Assembly: GCF_038025025.1 (NCBI RefSeq)
Contig: NW_027117339.1
Location: forward strand, 310,001-374,000
From: Phyllosticta citribraziliensis
Taxonomy: Eukaryota
DNA length: 64,000 nucleotides
Direction: 5' to 3'
Part shown: positions 1-12,503 of the stretch, in pieces
How positions within the stretch are numbered: position 1 is the first letter of the stretch
Layout: each line of letters begins with the position of its first letter
Position numbers and translations under genes: made by a program
The notes under the pieces: model-generated
The model's database searches: none
Seen by the model: only the letters and a program-made list of their open reading frames with translations
What the model was told of the DNA's origin: nothing

Positions 1-60
1 TCGTCTTTGCGTTTGCGCGGCTTCGTCCTCCTCGTCCTCCTCCTTCTCCTCCCAACATCT
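1..60 (-). other. Possible exon of a gene continuing off the left edge
   Basis: Minus strand shows a CTAAC branch point (72-76) and a CAG acceptor (61-63) followed by purine-rich sequence open in two frames to the window edge; no product assignable. Confidence 0.25.
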
Positions 61-3000
61 CTGCATATGTAGTTAGTCACCCTTTGCCGGTGCGGGACGC
101 GGACACGCGTAAGAGTGGGGCCATCAGTTCGACGCGCAAAGGGGGCAAGAATTCCCCGTCCGTTGCGCGTTTGATCGTCCTTTCATCTGCACGGTGTACG
201 TGCATGTTGGCGTCTGCTTCTTGTGTACCGACTTTGCACACGAACACGACGGCCGCCTTCATACATGAACTTTTTTCCTGTATACAGTATGTGTGCAGTG
301 TATGTGTGTGTAGAGGAAGGAGGAAGAAGGTGTTCAAAGGCGGCGCCGCTGTATGTCAGGTGTGTATAGTACGCATTACTCCACCCCTCATGGTACTCCC
401 CCCGCCACACTCGTACTATGCGTAGGTAGGCATCCAGCAAGCGCGCGGCACCGCGGCAAGTGGAGCCTGTCGTAGTAGTGGTCTACTCAAGCCCAAGCCC
501 AAGCCCACGTACCTAGGCAGACAGACAAGCAGCAGAAGGAGATGAGGAAGCAGCAGCACCAGCAGCACCAGCAGCACCAGCAGCACCAGAATCAGCAACA
601 TAAAAAGGGCCCAAGGGAGGCCGAACTACTCCTGCATGTATGTGTGCAAACTCAGCACGAGCCGAGCCGACGCCGCACACAATAGGCACTCAGTCAATCA
701 CAAGTCAGACCACCAACCACCACTATCCCCGAGCTCACCCCAACGGCCAACGGCTAACGCCGACAAAGTCCGAGGCAGGCAGCGCAACCAGTGATGGGCG
801 CTCGCGTCGATCTTTGCGCCGGGGCAAAACGAGACATGACAGGCCAGACCGGCTGTAGCCGTCGCGGGTACCAGCTGCCGCCGGTCACGGCCGTCGGCTT
901 GCCGAACGACCGACCGACCGACAGAGAGACAGACCAGCAGCGTCCGCCTTGTTGTTGAGTGTTGACCCCTGAACGCCGTTTCCCATGCCGGCCGTCTTGG
1001 GCGAAGGACGTTATGCGGGCGGGGCGGGGGCGGGCGGCAGATGCAGGGGGGAAGAAGGCAAGGAAGAAGGGGAAGGAAAACGAAAAAGAGGGGTCGTTGT
1101 TTTGTTGTGGGATGCTTTGCGGCTGGGGTTGGTAGTCGGTGGTCTGCGGTTCCACAGGCTCAGGGTCGAGACACGAGGCAGGGGTAAGCGAGTTTGGTTG
1201 TCGATCCCCATGCGCTGCTGCGGGACGTGTGTCTGTGGATCGGCTGGTTGGTGGATGTGACCGAGACGAGGCGTCGTTGACGGTGGGGAAGAGGAGGATA
1301 TTTGAGGGGAGGAGGAGAGGGCGGTGGTGGTGAGCAGCAGAAGAACCTCTGGAGTTGGTGGTCGTCGTCGTCGACAGGGGGTTGCGAAGCAGACACACGG
1401 CCAAGCCAGACCAGTCCCTTTGATCTCTCTCGAGGGGACCGTTACGGAGGGCATGATTGGCGTCTGCACAACGATGCTTGTGCTATAGCAAAAACGTCAA
1501 GGCGACCGCAAAGTATGTCGTAGTCTGTGACCCCCCTGCTCTGTTTTTTGCCCTGCATTTGTCACACGCTCGCGCGTCGTCGGGAGACCTGCAACGGGCG
1601 GGTCCCAATTCGCTTACTGGGCCATTCGTGGTCGGCCGGCCGGTAAGGCCAGTTCCGTATGCAGCTCCCGCATCCGAATGGTCATGTCAGGCGTGGAGGT
1701 GGAAAAGGGGAAAAAGTGACAGGTAACATGGAGATGGAAAACGGCCGTCGACAAGGGACGGACGGAAGTTATTGCGTCTCGTGCTTGATCAGCAATTGAG
1801 TTGCAGCAGCACGTTCAATCACTGGTGCTGCCACCAACTCCGCGGACGTTGATTGAGCGTTGAAGACTCGTGTATGCTGCAGAGGACCTGGGGGTCGCTC
1901 GTGTCTCGCGAGACGTATGTAGTTAAGACCGTTGAGGACAGCTGGGGTTGGTGTCTGCTGCTGCTGCTCACCGCCACAACCGCATTTCAAAACGCCCGTC
2001 TGCAGCGGATTCCAGAGGCGTCAGTCTTCCCTGGCACAGCGCCTCGTCGTTCACGCATTTTGCCGTCGGCAGCTGGCCCGCTCGCTTTCACCTGCGTCGT
2101 CTGTCTGCTAGCCCAAACGGAGAACGGGACCTGCAACCTGCACCTCATCGACGATCCGGCCCTTGCCCTTCCTTCCGTACCCTGCTCATTGTGGTTCAGT
2201 CCTGTCCTGCCGCCTGCCCTGTCTCGTCCCGCCGCCTTGGCTCTGGTTGGATTGGCCGCGTCCCAAGTGCCAGCCCTCGGAATCCGCTGGGCTGTGGCTG
2301 GCTGGCCGGCCGCGGCGGCGGTGGCGGCGGCTGCTGCTGCGCTACTGCACGAATGGACCGGAAGGGATTGCTCGGCATGACAACCACCAGTGACACCGTA
2401 ACGGGGCCGCGTATTGTTGCCCGTTGGTGACTGGCCCGCTGGACGCGCTTATAGTTGAGGACAAACTCGGCGCTGGCGGCGTCCAGCTGCAGAAGATTTC
2501 AATCATGGCGACGGCAACAGGGTCCTGCCATGCAGCAGCGTCGGGGCGGCGTAGTTGGTGTGGGCCATGACAGTCGATCTTGATTCGTGGGGAGGTGGCC
2601 TCGGTACAGCTGATGCGCGTGCAAAGAGCTCGACAGCAAAGATATCTCGACAGTTGCCGTTGCTGTAAAGACACGGGAAGGACCAGGATTTGCGTGGACA
2701 GTCCCTCGACCCCCTTGGCGAGTCAGACGGCTCGTCGGAACGAAGCGTGAAACGGGATGAAGCGGCTGGCTGACCGTTGATGAACGTCATGGGCACGCTA
2801 GGTGCTCTCTGGAGATGATTGTGATAAGCAACTGTTCAATGACTGTGAAAGAGCGCCGTGTTTGCATCTACCCACTGCGACGAATGCTGCCTGGTGATCA
2901 GTAATTGAACAGTTTGAAAAATTTCCCATCTCGCCACCATCGAATCCTCCATTTCGCAGGCTTGTCGTCATGCTCTCTGGCCCTGCCCTGCTTGACCACA

Positions 3001-3360
3001 TTTGTGACGTGTCGTTCGTTGTGACTGAGTCGCTAGAGAGCAAGCTTAATTGGTCTTAGGCAATTTCCTTCCGAGGGTTGGATGAATGCGTTGCCAGGAC
3101 GGGAAAATGCAACCTCAAAAGATGATTGGTCGGGACTTGCGTGGAGCTTTCGAGATTTCTTCTGCATTGAAAAAGTTTGATGATGTTTTTTCTCTTCATC
3201 TGCCTCAAACTTCTCAAGTCATGGCAATCTGGATGGTCGCCGCATCCTGGAGTGATACACTGCAACCCCCCTTGACACCTTTGACGTCATGTGTGGTTGG
3301 GTTATCAGAATGTTTTGCAGACCGAATCTCGCGGGAAGCCGTTGCTCCGTCGTGGTTTCT

Positions 3361-5158
3361 TCAAAGCCACCTGTTCATCAAACAAATGAATCCTTTTTTG
3401 CCCGCCCTATCCGAGTGCCCCTCACCCACGCTTACAACCCACTCTCCGCCGTTGCTCCAGGCCGTGGCTCTAGTCGTCATAACTCGATCTTGACGAATTT
3501 TGTTCGGCAGATGGAGGCTCTTATGCGCTGGGACCGGCATGAACGGATCCTGGTAAGTTTGACTCTTGGTCTTCATCGAAGGCTTTTCCCTGGGCCTCAC
3601 CGATCCGTTGCTAGCGACGGACATGGACCTGCCTCCAGGGCTGCCAAACCTGCTAGACTGCTGCGAAGGCGAGCGCTCACGATTTGCATCTCCATCGCGG
3701 CATTCTTCCTCAAGACGCTGCAAGTCCCAGAAGTAGATGACGCCGTCATTGGCACCGTATGCTAGGACTGGTCGCTTTTGGGGCATGTGAAAGAGGCCGA
3801 ACCTGAGCCAGATGTTGGAGTGGTGACCAGTCTTGAGAGTAATCAGGCGCTGAAAGCGAGGGCCAAATGCTGAGTAGGTCGATCCGTGGAATCCGTCGGC
3901 GTCTTCATCTTCACGGAAAAAACAGTCTTTGTAGTCAGCCGTGCTGGTGCATTGCGGGGGAGGAAGAGAGCCCTTGAATCCCTCAATTCTCCATATGAAG
4001 ATATAATCTTCCAATGCAGCTTTGGAAATAACCATGTCGCCGTAGAACGCGATGCTTTCAGGGTCAGCAGGTGAATCTCCCACGAACGTGTGTCATTCTC
4101 ACCTGTCTACCTCATTGGCATGGATTTCATTCGATTTGAAGTGCGGGACGTAGGTTGGTTTGACGTTGTCCGTCCCGGTGTTTTCGTTTGGCAAGTCTGG
4201 CAAGGCCCACTAACCAAATACTTAGCATGCCCTTCATGCAGTCTGCGCAGGAGATTCTTACCAATTGAATTGTCGAGTCATACCATCCAGATATTACGTA
4301 GCGACCCGAATCATGGAATGCCTATGTTTTCAGCATACAGTCGTCATTGTGTCATTCTCTGGGACATCATACCAGACAATGTCCCTTAGCGGCACCGTGG
4401 AACATGGCTGCAACTGGTATCTTCTGATATTTGGCACCTAAGTGCCAAATGTAAATCCTTTCATCTTCAGAGATTGAGGCCAGGATTTCAGGGCATGTTG
4501 GCGAGACTTTCAGGTCATTGATGTACTGGCAATTGTGAGCTTTGGTAAAGGTGTGTTGAAATTGAAGCTTACGCCTCCGTGGCCAACAAGATCCTGGGCA
4601 GAGTTAGAAAAAGTCCGGTTATGAGGTAAATGGTAGCATTGCTTGCCCTCGTATGTTTGTCCTCCAAGATGTCCAAGATTTTGATGATGGGTGGCTGAAC
4701 ACCAGCGACGCAAAGAAGCGGATTGTCATTCTCCATATCCTTTGTCCATGCGACGCTGTTCAGCTCAGTGGGCTTGTCCTACGAAAATAGGGTTAGTGAG
4801 TTGTTTGCAACGCGGTCTGATGGGCAGACATACATTTTCTTTGCTTTGATCATTGAACTCGCGGAGCATTTCAATTTGGTCGTTCTTGTCTTTTGAGAGG
4901 CGACAAACATAGACCTGTACACAGCATCATCAGTCCGAATCCGATGAATTGGGTTTGACGGCCAGACTCTTTGGAACCCCGTGGCTGCAAAAACGGGGTC
5001 TTCGCCAGGCGCGTCGTAAGGATAGAATTGGACGTCATAAAGGCACCTGGTTTTGTCGTCCTATTTTGAAAGTCAGTCCGGTTACACCTGAATTTGAAAA
5101 ATTGTTGTGTTTGTACCCAAACTACGCCAGCCGGGCGCGGCAGTTCTTTGGCTTGCAT
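3361..5158 (-). CDS. EED: WD40 protein, Polycomb PRC2 EED/ESC-like subunit (9 exons)
   Basis: Manual splicing (introns 5061-5116, 4915-4967, 4779-4833, 4594-4646, 4526-4572, 4322-4372, 4210-4261, 4055-4102) gives MQAKELPRP..LYDVQFYPYDAPGEDPVFAATG..DLVGHGGYINDLKVSP..AFHDSGRYVISG..WALPDLP..IHANEVDSIAFYGDMVISKA..IWRIEGF..WLRFGLF..YFWDLQRLE, motifs typical of fungal EED. Confidence 0.8.
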
Positions 5159-5958
5159 GGTGTTGTTGGTCAACCGGTAAAGAGAATTTCGTGAAACGCG
5201 AGGCCGTTGCTGCCACCCAAGACGTGTTCAGTCTTCTGGCGAGCTCTGGCGAGCTGCAATGATCCGTCGCTCCAAGTCATCGCCTCTGACGGTGGTGATT
5301 GTTCCAGGTTGGGTTGAGAGGTGAGGTCCACCCAAAGTTACAGTCGCGCCGAATTACGACCGAGCTCGACGCGGCTGCCTCAGGTCGACAGGCGGTGTTT
5401 TCATCGTCGCGTCCTCCTCCATCAACCTCTCCATCCTCTCCACAACAGCCCATCCCTCTTCTCCACACTCACTTTATCACGCGTCGATCGTGAAGCGAAA
5501 GGATTGTGCTTTGGCAGTCAATCTTCATTTCTAGCTTGCTCCTTGCATGCTTGAGGCCCTTCGTTCCACGGCGGGCAACGTTGCCCCAGATGGCCTGCGA
5601 GTTGCGACCTTTTGACACTCACCCTATTTTCTACGTCCTTTTCATTTGCAAGATATCTACGTATTTCATTCAGTCTTTTCGCTTTTTGCAGCCCGAAAAT
5701 ATCCATCTCCAGTCAATCCAATACTTTGCCACAACGCTGTTCCCCCGTCATTCGTTCAAAATGCAGCTTTGCGAGCCGCAACTATCTCATCTCGAATCCA
5801 AGAATGCTAAGACACCCGAGTTGCGCAACGCAAGGGCTGACAAGTGCCTCACTTCTGGCCGCCTGTACAAAATCGCGTGCGACCCCCGCCACTGCCTCTT
5901 TTTTCCCTGACATTTGTCTTCATGGTGGTTTGACTCGCCCTGGCCCCCTTGAGCCAAA

Positions 5959-7992
5959 ATGACTTTCTTCAACGACTCCCCAAACACGTCCCCTGGCTGC
6001 ATTAGCCGCGCCTATTCCAGGGTACCCAATGAAGAAGGGCGGGATGCCTACGAATCGAGGGCTTTTGCCCGTCGGAGCTGCTGCCGGTCGTCGTCGTCGT
6101 CGTCGTCGAGAAATCGCCTCCCCATGGTGGTGATTGGCGCTTGTGCCATGCTCCTCCTGCTCTACCCGCTCTTCAGGTTTTCAGAAGTCCCCGATATTCG
6201 AGAATACCGCGTGTACCGGTACTGGCAAAAGGGACAGCTGGCCGACAGGTCGTCCAGGATCCAGCCCATCCTCGGCAACTCGTCGAATCCCCTGCAGCTA
6301 TACTACCCTCCCATCGGAGACGACTTTCGCCCTCATGTGGCGCCCTACAACCACGCGCCTGAAGAACGTCCTCGGACGCCTCTGCTGATTCCGTTTACCC
6401 GCAACAATGACATGCTCAGGCAAGCTGTGCTTGGATATATTGCCGCAGGCTGGCCTCGCGAGGACATTGTAATCATTGACAATGGCGGCACTCTTGACGC
6501 CTCCAGCTCAGGAGTACTGTCCCGCGACAACCCGTTCTTCGTCGACTACGAACTGTACCGTAAGCGGTACGGAGTGGCAATCTTGCAGACGGCGACGCTG
6601 CAGAACTTTGCACAATTGCAAAACTTTTTCCTCCGCCTGGCCATTTCGCAAGGCTGGCCCTACTTCTTCTGGAGCCACATGGACGTCGGAATCATCGGCG
6701 ACGAAGCCACGTCGCCGTACAAGTCGTTTTACGAAAAGGTGCTCGACGTGCTCGATCAATCGACGGCGCCGCATCCAAACCACAACATCACGTGGTCCAT
6801 CAACCTGAACGAGACGCGAGCGACCATGGGCAACTGGGCCATCAAGTTCTTCCAGTTCGACAACCTGGCGCTCGTCAACGTCGACGCGTGGCGCACGATT
6901 GGGCAGTGGGACACGTTCGTGCCGTACTACAACACCGACTGCGACGCGTACGCGCGCGTCCTCTTCCACGGCTACACCAAGGACGACGTCAGCGCGGGGC
7001 ACATCTTCGACGTCGCAGACCAGCTCAGCGACGACCTGGACGAGATCGAAGCCAAGCTATTCCCGGCCTCGCAACTCTCGCTCAACGCGTCGGCCGCCGC
7101 GCTGCAGCTCGCCCAATACCGCGCCGAGGTGGCCGCGCTGCAAAACGAATCCTTCATCGCGCCCTCGCAGGCCGTGTACAGCCCCGGCCAGTTCCTCCTC
7201 AACGACCCGGACATGCGGCCCAACAGCGCGCGCTTCCAGCGCCTCTTCAACGACTTCGCCGCCATGCAGACCAAGAAGTACAGCACCGAGCGCAACTCGT
7301 GGCAGGACGCGCAGAAGGGCGGCAAGGGCCAGCCGTGGACGTACGACCCGCGCGGCTTCCAGCGCGCGTGGTGGGAGACGGCCGGCTACGGCCGCAACCT
7401 GTACACCAAGAAGTGGGGCACCCTCGACTGCCGCCTGTCCAATGTCAAGCTCGCGGATGAGTGGGCGAGCGAGTATCCTGAATTGCATCCGAAGCCGGCG
7501 CCTTCGTCGTCGTCGTCGTTGTCGGCCGCGGCTGAGCAGACTTCCTCAACCTCCGCTGAAGAGCAGGCATTGTTGACGACCATCACGGCCACGGCCGCAG
7601 CCACGACGCCCACCGACGCCGCCAGCAACACCCCTCAACAGTCGCAGGACCCTCAATCCCCCGACGCAGCCGCCGCCCTCGCCCTCGAGCACGAGCGCCT
7701 GCGCGTGCTGGCCGAAATGGCCAAAATCAAAGCCTTCGAAAAAGAACTCGAACTAGGCGGCGGCACGCACCACGACTGGGCCGTCGGGCTGGAGGATGAG
7801 GAGGAGGAGGACGCTGTGAGGGGCGCGACGGCGAAGAGGGAGAAGAGGGTCGAAACTGCTGGGAAGCGGGTGGCGAAGAGGGTTATGGGGAAGAGGGGTG
7901 TGGAGGAGAAGGTCGAGGGGAGGGAGGGGGCACCAAAGATGCAGAAGAGGTGGGTGCAGCGCGCGTCGAGTGGGGAGTGGTATTTGGGGTGA
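5959..7992 (+). CDS. Putative type II membrane glycosyltransferase-like protein (677 aa)
   Basis: Intronless ORF with strong codon bias; N-terminal TM segment (MVVIGACAMLLLLYPLF); RTPLLIPFTRN, YFFWSHMDV, WDTFVPYYNTDCD motifs seen in a conserved fungal GT-A-like family; low-complexity C-terminus. Confidence 0.7.
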   Translation: MTFFNDSPNTSPGCISRAYSRVPNEEGRDAYESRAFARRSCCRSSSSSSSRNRLPMVVIGACAMLLLLYPLFRFSEVPDIREYRVYRYWQKGQLADRSSRIQPILGNSSNPLQLYYPPIGDDFRPHVAPYNHAPEERPRTPLLIPFTRNNDMLRQAVLGYIAAGWPREDIVIIDNGGTLDASSSGVLSRDNPFFVDYELYRKRYGVAILQTATLQNFAQLQNFFLRLAISQGWPYFFWSHMDVGIIGDEATSPYKSFYEKVLDVLDQSTAPHPNHNITWSINLNETRATMGNWAIKFFQFDNLALVNVDAWRTIGQWDTFVPYYNTDCDAYARVLFHGYTKDDVSAGHIFDVADQLSDDLDEIEAKLFPASQLSLNASAAALQLAQYRAEVAALQNESFIAPSQAVYSPGQFLLNDPDMRPNSARFQRLFNDFAAMQTKKYSTERNSWQDAQKGGKGQPWTYDPRGFQRAWWETAGYGRNLYTKKWGTLDCRLSNVKLADEWASEYPELHPKPAPSSSSSLSAAAEQTSSTSAEEQALLTTITATAAATTPTDAASNTPQQSQDPQSPDAAAALALEHERLRVLAEMAKIKAFEKELELGGGTHHDWAVGLEDEEEEDAVRGATAKREKRVETAGKRVAKRVMGKRGVEEKVEGREGAPKMQKRWVQRASSGEWYLG

Positions 7993-8239
7993 GTGAGTGA
8001 GTGACCAGTGCGGTGTGTTGATCAGACTCAAGTGTGACGATGTCAATGTCGAAAGAAAAGCCGTTGCTGCCTGTTTCTCCTACCTACTACTACTACTTCT
8101 CCTTCTCCTTCTCCTTTTCCCACCGTCCCTCCCAGTCCCATGCTTTCATGTCCGTCGTAGAGATCTAGTCTTTCTCCTTCGTCTGTCTCTTTGTACCTCT
8201 ACTTCTTCTCACCCGTCAATAAGATACCCGACCAACCAG

Positions 8240-8261
8240 AAAAAAAAAAAAAAAAAAAAAA
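8240..8261 (+). repeat. Poly(A) tract between convergent genes
   Basis: Run of about 22 A. Confidence 0.9.
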
Positions 8262-8867
8262 GCACAAAGCCATAACCAAACTTCCTCCCTTCCTTTTTCT
8301 TACCATCCTCTAGATGGACGTGCGCGCGTCAGCCAAGGGGTATCCAAGTAAGTCCCTACGTACCTACGTCGCCACTCGCCATCGCGTGCGCGCATTCCAG
8401 GCACCACCGAAGGCACGCAGGGCGCGTCAATCTCTGCACGTGAGAGGGAGATTGGCATATCATTTGACTGAACAGCGGCATCGGATGGAGAGCAACATCC
8501 TGTTCAAGTGCTACCGCATGTAAGAGATGGATATGTGAGTGGTACGTGATAGGTATCTAGGTACGTTCCGTCGGTAGGTAAGGTAGGTAGGGTAGTTGAC
8601 CAGCAAGAGTGGACGAGTGGGAGGGCGAGGACCATGACGACGAACAAGACGCCGAGGACGAAAAAGAAGAAGAGTAGCCAGAAAAAAGAAGAAGAGAAGA
8701 AGAAAACGAGAAAGAGATCCCAAAAGCCGCACAATTGGAGTCCGTCCGTCCATGTCTTTCCCGTCTCAGAGACAAACGACAACGCCAACGCCGGCTTTCC
8801 CGCCAAAGAGGGAAATGTCGAGCCCCGAACCTTTGAAACCAGTTAACCGAGCAATCGCGCTCCAGGC

Positions 8868-11800
8868 TCACTTCAAGCCAAAGCCCTCGCTCTCCACAAC
8901 AGCGCGCCAAAGCATGCGCTCCAGCTTCTCGCGCGAGCGATAGCGATACAACAGCAGCGCATTGAAGCACGTGCGGGCCACGGGAAAGCGATCGCAGTCC
9001 TCACCCGCATAGACAATCTTGATGACGAGGTTGGTGGCGCCGACGGCCGGGATGCGGTCCGAGCCGGTGATGAAGGACAGGATGCGGCGCTGCGAGACGG
9101 GCGGCTGCGACGAAAAAAAGTCCCAGAACCATGTGATGGGCGGGCTCGACTGCGGCGGCAGGACGGGCGCTGGTTTGCGCTTTTGGAGTGACGGCGACGC
9201 GTGGTGGCCGTTTGTGGCGGCCGTGCCGTTGGACTGCGAGGGCGAGTACGGAGAGTCTTTCCATCCGTCGTAGCTTGCCACGAGACGCAGACTGGCCACG
9301 TCGAGTGGTTCGTCGGAGCCGCGGACGAGCAACTCGATTTCTTCGGACCGGAAGAGCGACAGCGCGTTGCCGCCGCAGACTGTAAAGAACCCGCGGCGAA
9401 AGGGGTCGAATTGGCGTGCTACGGCCGTGTCGAGCAGGTATCGGACGTACAAGTCGACAAACTCTTGGCGATTGGCGTTGGTCACTGGAATGTTGGCACC
9501 GTTGGGACACAGTGGCTCCTGTCTCACTGCGCCACAGTACTCCACCTCGGCGACGAAATCGCGACAAAACGTGCTCTCAACATCACCGTCAAACTCGAGA
9601 AGCTGGCGCAAGCCTTTGGCCAAGCTGGGCCGGAATTCGGCAAGATCTTCCAAGGTGTAGTGAATTGTGTTGCGAGACGCAGGGACGACACCATTTTTAG
9701 TCGGCGCTGAGGAGAGAAGTTTCTTAAAGGCAAACGGCGGCAGGGCAACGTCAAGAATGGTGCTGTTGTACAATGCAAGTCCCAAAACGGCTCCAACCAG
9801 GAAGAATTGGTCCGACTTTTCAAACGAATAGGGGTTGAAGTAGCAAAAGTGCGACTCTTCGTCGTAGACAAACATGGCTACAAGTGGTCAGCAAAATTCC
9901 AACAACTGCTTGGACGACTTACCGTGCATTGGGTCAAACAGCTCCCGCACCAATAGTAAGAACCATTCCTTCCTTAGCCCGCCGGCGTCGACGCCCTCCT
10001 CGCCGATAAACTGCACGCGTAGCCCCTTTTTGATGTCTTCTGATCCGGCCCCTACCACCTCGCTGATTCGGCGCAGGCTGTCGTCTGCCAAACACTCTCG
10101 CCTGACTTTTAGACTGAAGTATTGCTCCAGGTTCTTGTTGCTGAGTATGCTGTCGAAAAATGCTTCGCGGGCCTTGTTCTCCATTTGTCTGCGAGCGTCA
10201 TGCTCCATGATGCGAATCTTTGCGCCAATAGAAAGAAAAAACGGATACTGGCAGAAGGAAAACTTTGCTCTGCGCGACTCCCATGCCTCGAAGTCGGCAA
10301 CGAGGTCGTGGTAGTCCAGCAGGGTGTTGTAAAAGTCGGAGGTTGGCAAAAGCTGACCATGAGCCCTCGCACGCTCCTTGGCAGCGAGACCAGCACTGTG
10401 AACCGTCGAAGCGTGCGCCGTGTGTACAAATGGCTCCGTCTTTCGGTTGTGGTAGGTGTTGTTTGCCGCGAACAGAAGGGCCATGACCTTGGCTGCCGCT
10501 TTGAGCTGCCAGTCGTCGCTATACGGGGTATCCTTGCTATCGTCCTTTGGTTTCGAGCTAGAGCCCGACAGCCCTAGGGCGGCGTGGAGTTGCGCTGATG
10601 TTGCACCGTGCGAATCAAACTCTGGGATCAGGCCTGCAGTCGGGTTTCCACTGTTGCTTCGTTTCCGGCCTTGTTGTCTGGTGAGACGGTAGGTCACGAA
10701 ACGTCCGACAAGATCTACGGTCCGTCTAAAGTGATCCTCAGAAAATCTGGAGAACCACGTCGTGACGTAACGATGGCAATCGTTGTCCATGTTTGCCAAA
10801 AGTCCAAAAATGCGCTTGATGACGCCCGCATGCTGGCCTTGATCACGGCTGCTTGTAGACGTCGACGCGTCGACGGGAGGCTTGCCCGGGGATGGTGGAA
10901 CATGATGGGGAAATTGGTTTGGGTTAGAGCCTTGTCGGGGACGATTCTCGGGAGGAGGCCTAAGGGAAGCTCTCCTGGGCTTGGCACCACCGATCATGTT
11001 TCCATGCAGGAGCGGATTCTCAAGAATGATGAGTAAGAATCGCACGTCTTCCAATTCCTTTAGCGGACGATGAGGCCGTTTGAGTATGAGCTCGGAGACC
11101 TTGAGCAACGTCCGCTGGACAAGCATCCTTGCTTCGCGGATTTCATCGTCGGCTTCTTGATACAGGCTTTCGGGAAAGTCCAAATCGGGTATCTCGTCAA
11201 GCTTTTGCTTCCATGAAACTCCAGCTTGCAAGACCGCGTCGTACCAATGACGAAGCTCGTCCCAGTTGATGAGTGGAGATCGATGAGAGACCAGCTCTTT
11301 CGCGTCTCCAACGGATTTGCCTCGGACCGGGAGTTGTTGCTTGGGAGGATCATGCTCAGCATGTCCGGCCCACCAAGCTCCGTTCTCACCAATATCTCCG
11401 AGCATCAGCATCTTGGGATCTGACTCTGTCAAAAAGTCGGCACCGGGCGGTACTGTTGAAATGGGTCTCGAGTCAATCGGTAATTTTGGAACAGCGCTCT
11501 CGCTGCGTGTTCTGGGCTGGGGCCTCTGCCTTCCAATTAAGAAGGCAGAGTTCAACGTTTCAAAGGTGCCGAAGCTGTCTATCAGGTAGTCCTGGAGAGG
11601 TCTGAATATTGACTTGATGACGTCTTGACGACGCTTCTCAGCGGCTTCGGCGGGAGTCAGGGGCGGTGCGCGCTCAGGTGGTCGTGGGCCCACCGCAGGA
11701 GGAGGGTCTCGAGGTGATCCTGGACCTCTCCGAACAGGGGAATGATGGAGCCGGAGTTGACCAGGCGGCGGGGGCAGTCGTTTCGGCGGAGGGCCTCCGG

Positions 11801-12503
11801 AGGTTCTTGGCCTCTGAGTAGGTTTGGGAACGAGCGTTGGAGGCGGGGGTAGATACTCTCGCGGGCCCGTCGGTGGTTGTGGTGGTCCTCCATTGACTGC
11901 GGGCCGCAAAGGAGGTCCACCAATGCGGTTGTCTACGTTTATTGGTGGCGACACTGCAATCATTGGTTTCGATCCGCTGTGAGCTCGTCTCCTGATTGAT
12001 ATGGGCGGAGGTCGCATGTCCCCGGGTCGGCCACGCTCCACACCACCATTGAGTTCTGTGCTGCTCGAACTCTCTTGACTACTTCTTGCCTGCGTCTCCA
12101 GCTTGGCATGGAGGTATGAAACGATGCAGCGGTCGATAATGTGTCTGGTCCTCGGCACCGAAAGAGGGGCGGGGTTGTGAGGTTTTCCTGTAGAGGTCTC
12201 TTTGCGCACTGCAACCAAGTCGTTGATCATGAGACAGGCCGAACAGCGGAATGTGCGCAGGCCGGCGGGATATTTGACCTTGGAATCGCAGGTCATGCAT
12301 GTGCGGACGTCCTCTTGGACCCTGGGACCGGAGCCTTTCCAGGCGGGCGAATCCCCATAGCCGCTGAAGGCCAGATATTTGTCCTCTTCGGGAGAGCTGC
12401 AGTCGGGGTTGAGATTTGGGCCATTCCTACGCTTTGAGCTGAAGAGGGAAGGAAACGGGTGGCTGGCGGAACGGCTGTGCTGCTTGCTGCCCCACGAAGG
12501 CAT
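8868..12503 (-). CDS. HECT-domain E3 ubiquitin ligase (Hul4/Mug30-like)
   Basis: Two exons (intron 9878-9922, GTAAGT..CTGAC..TAG); FSFCQYPFFLS, GEEGVDAGGLRKEWF, FITGSDRIP and catalytic ARTCFN motifs; N-terminal CxxC-x14-CxxC zinc ribbon. Confidence 0.92.

Noticed and set aside
640..3050. Numerous 60-216 aa ORFs on both strands
   Set aside because: Low-complexity, microsatellite-rich GC sequence without consistent codon bias or motifs; probably promoter/UTR DNA
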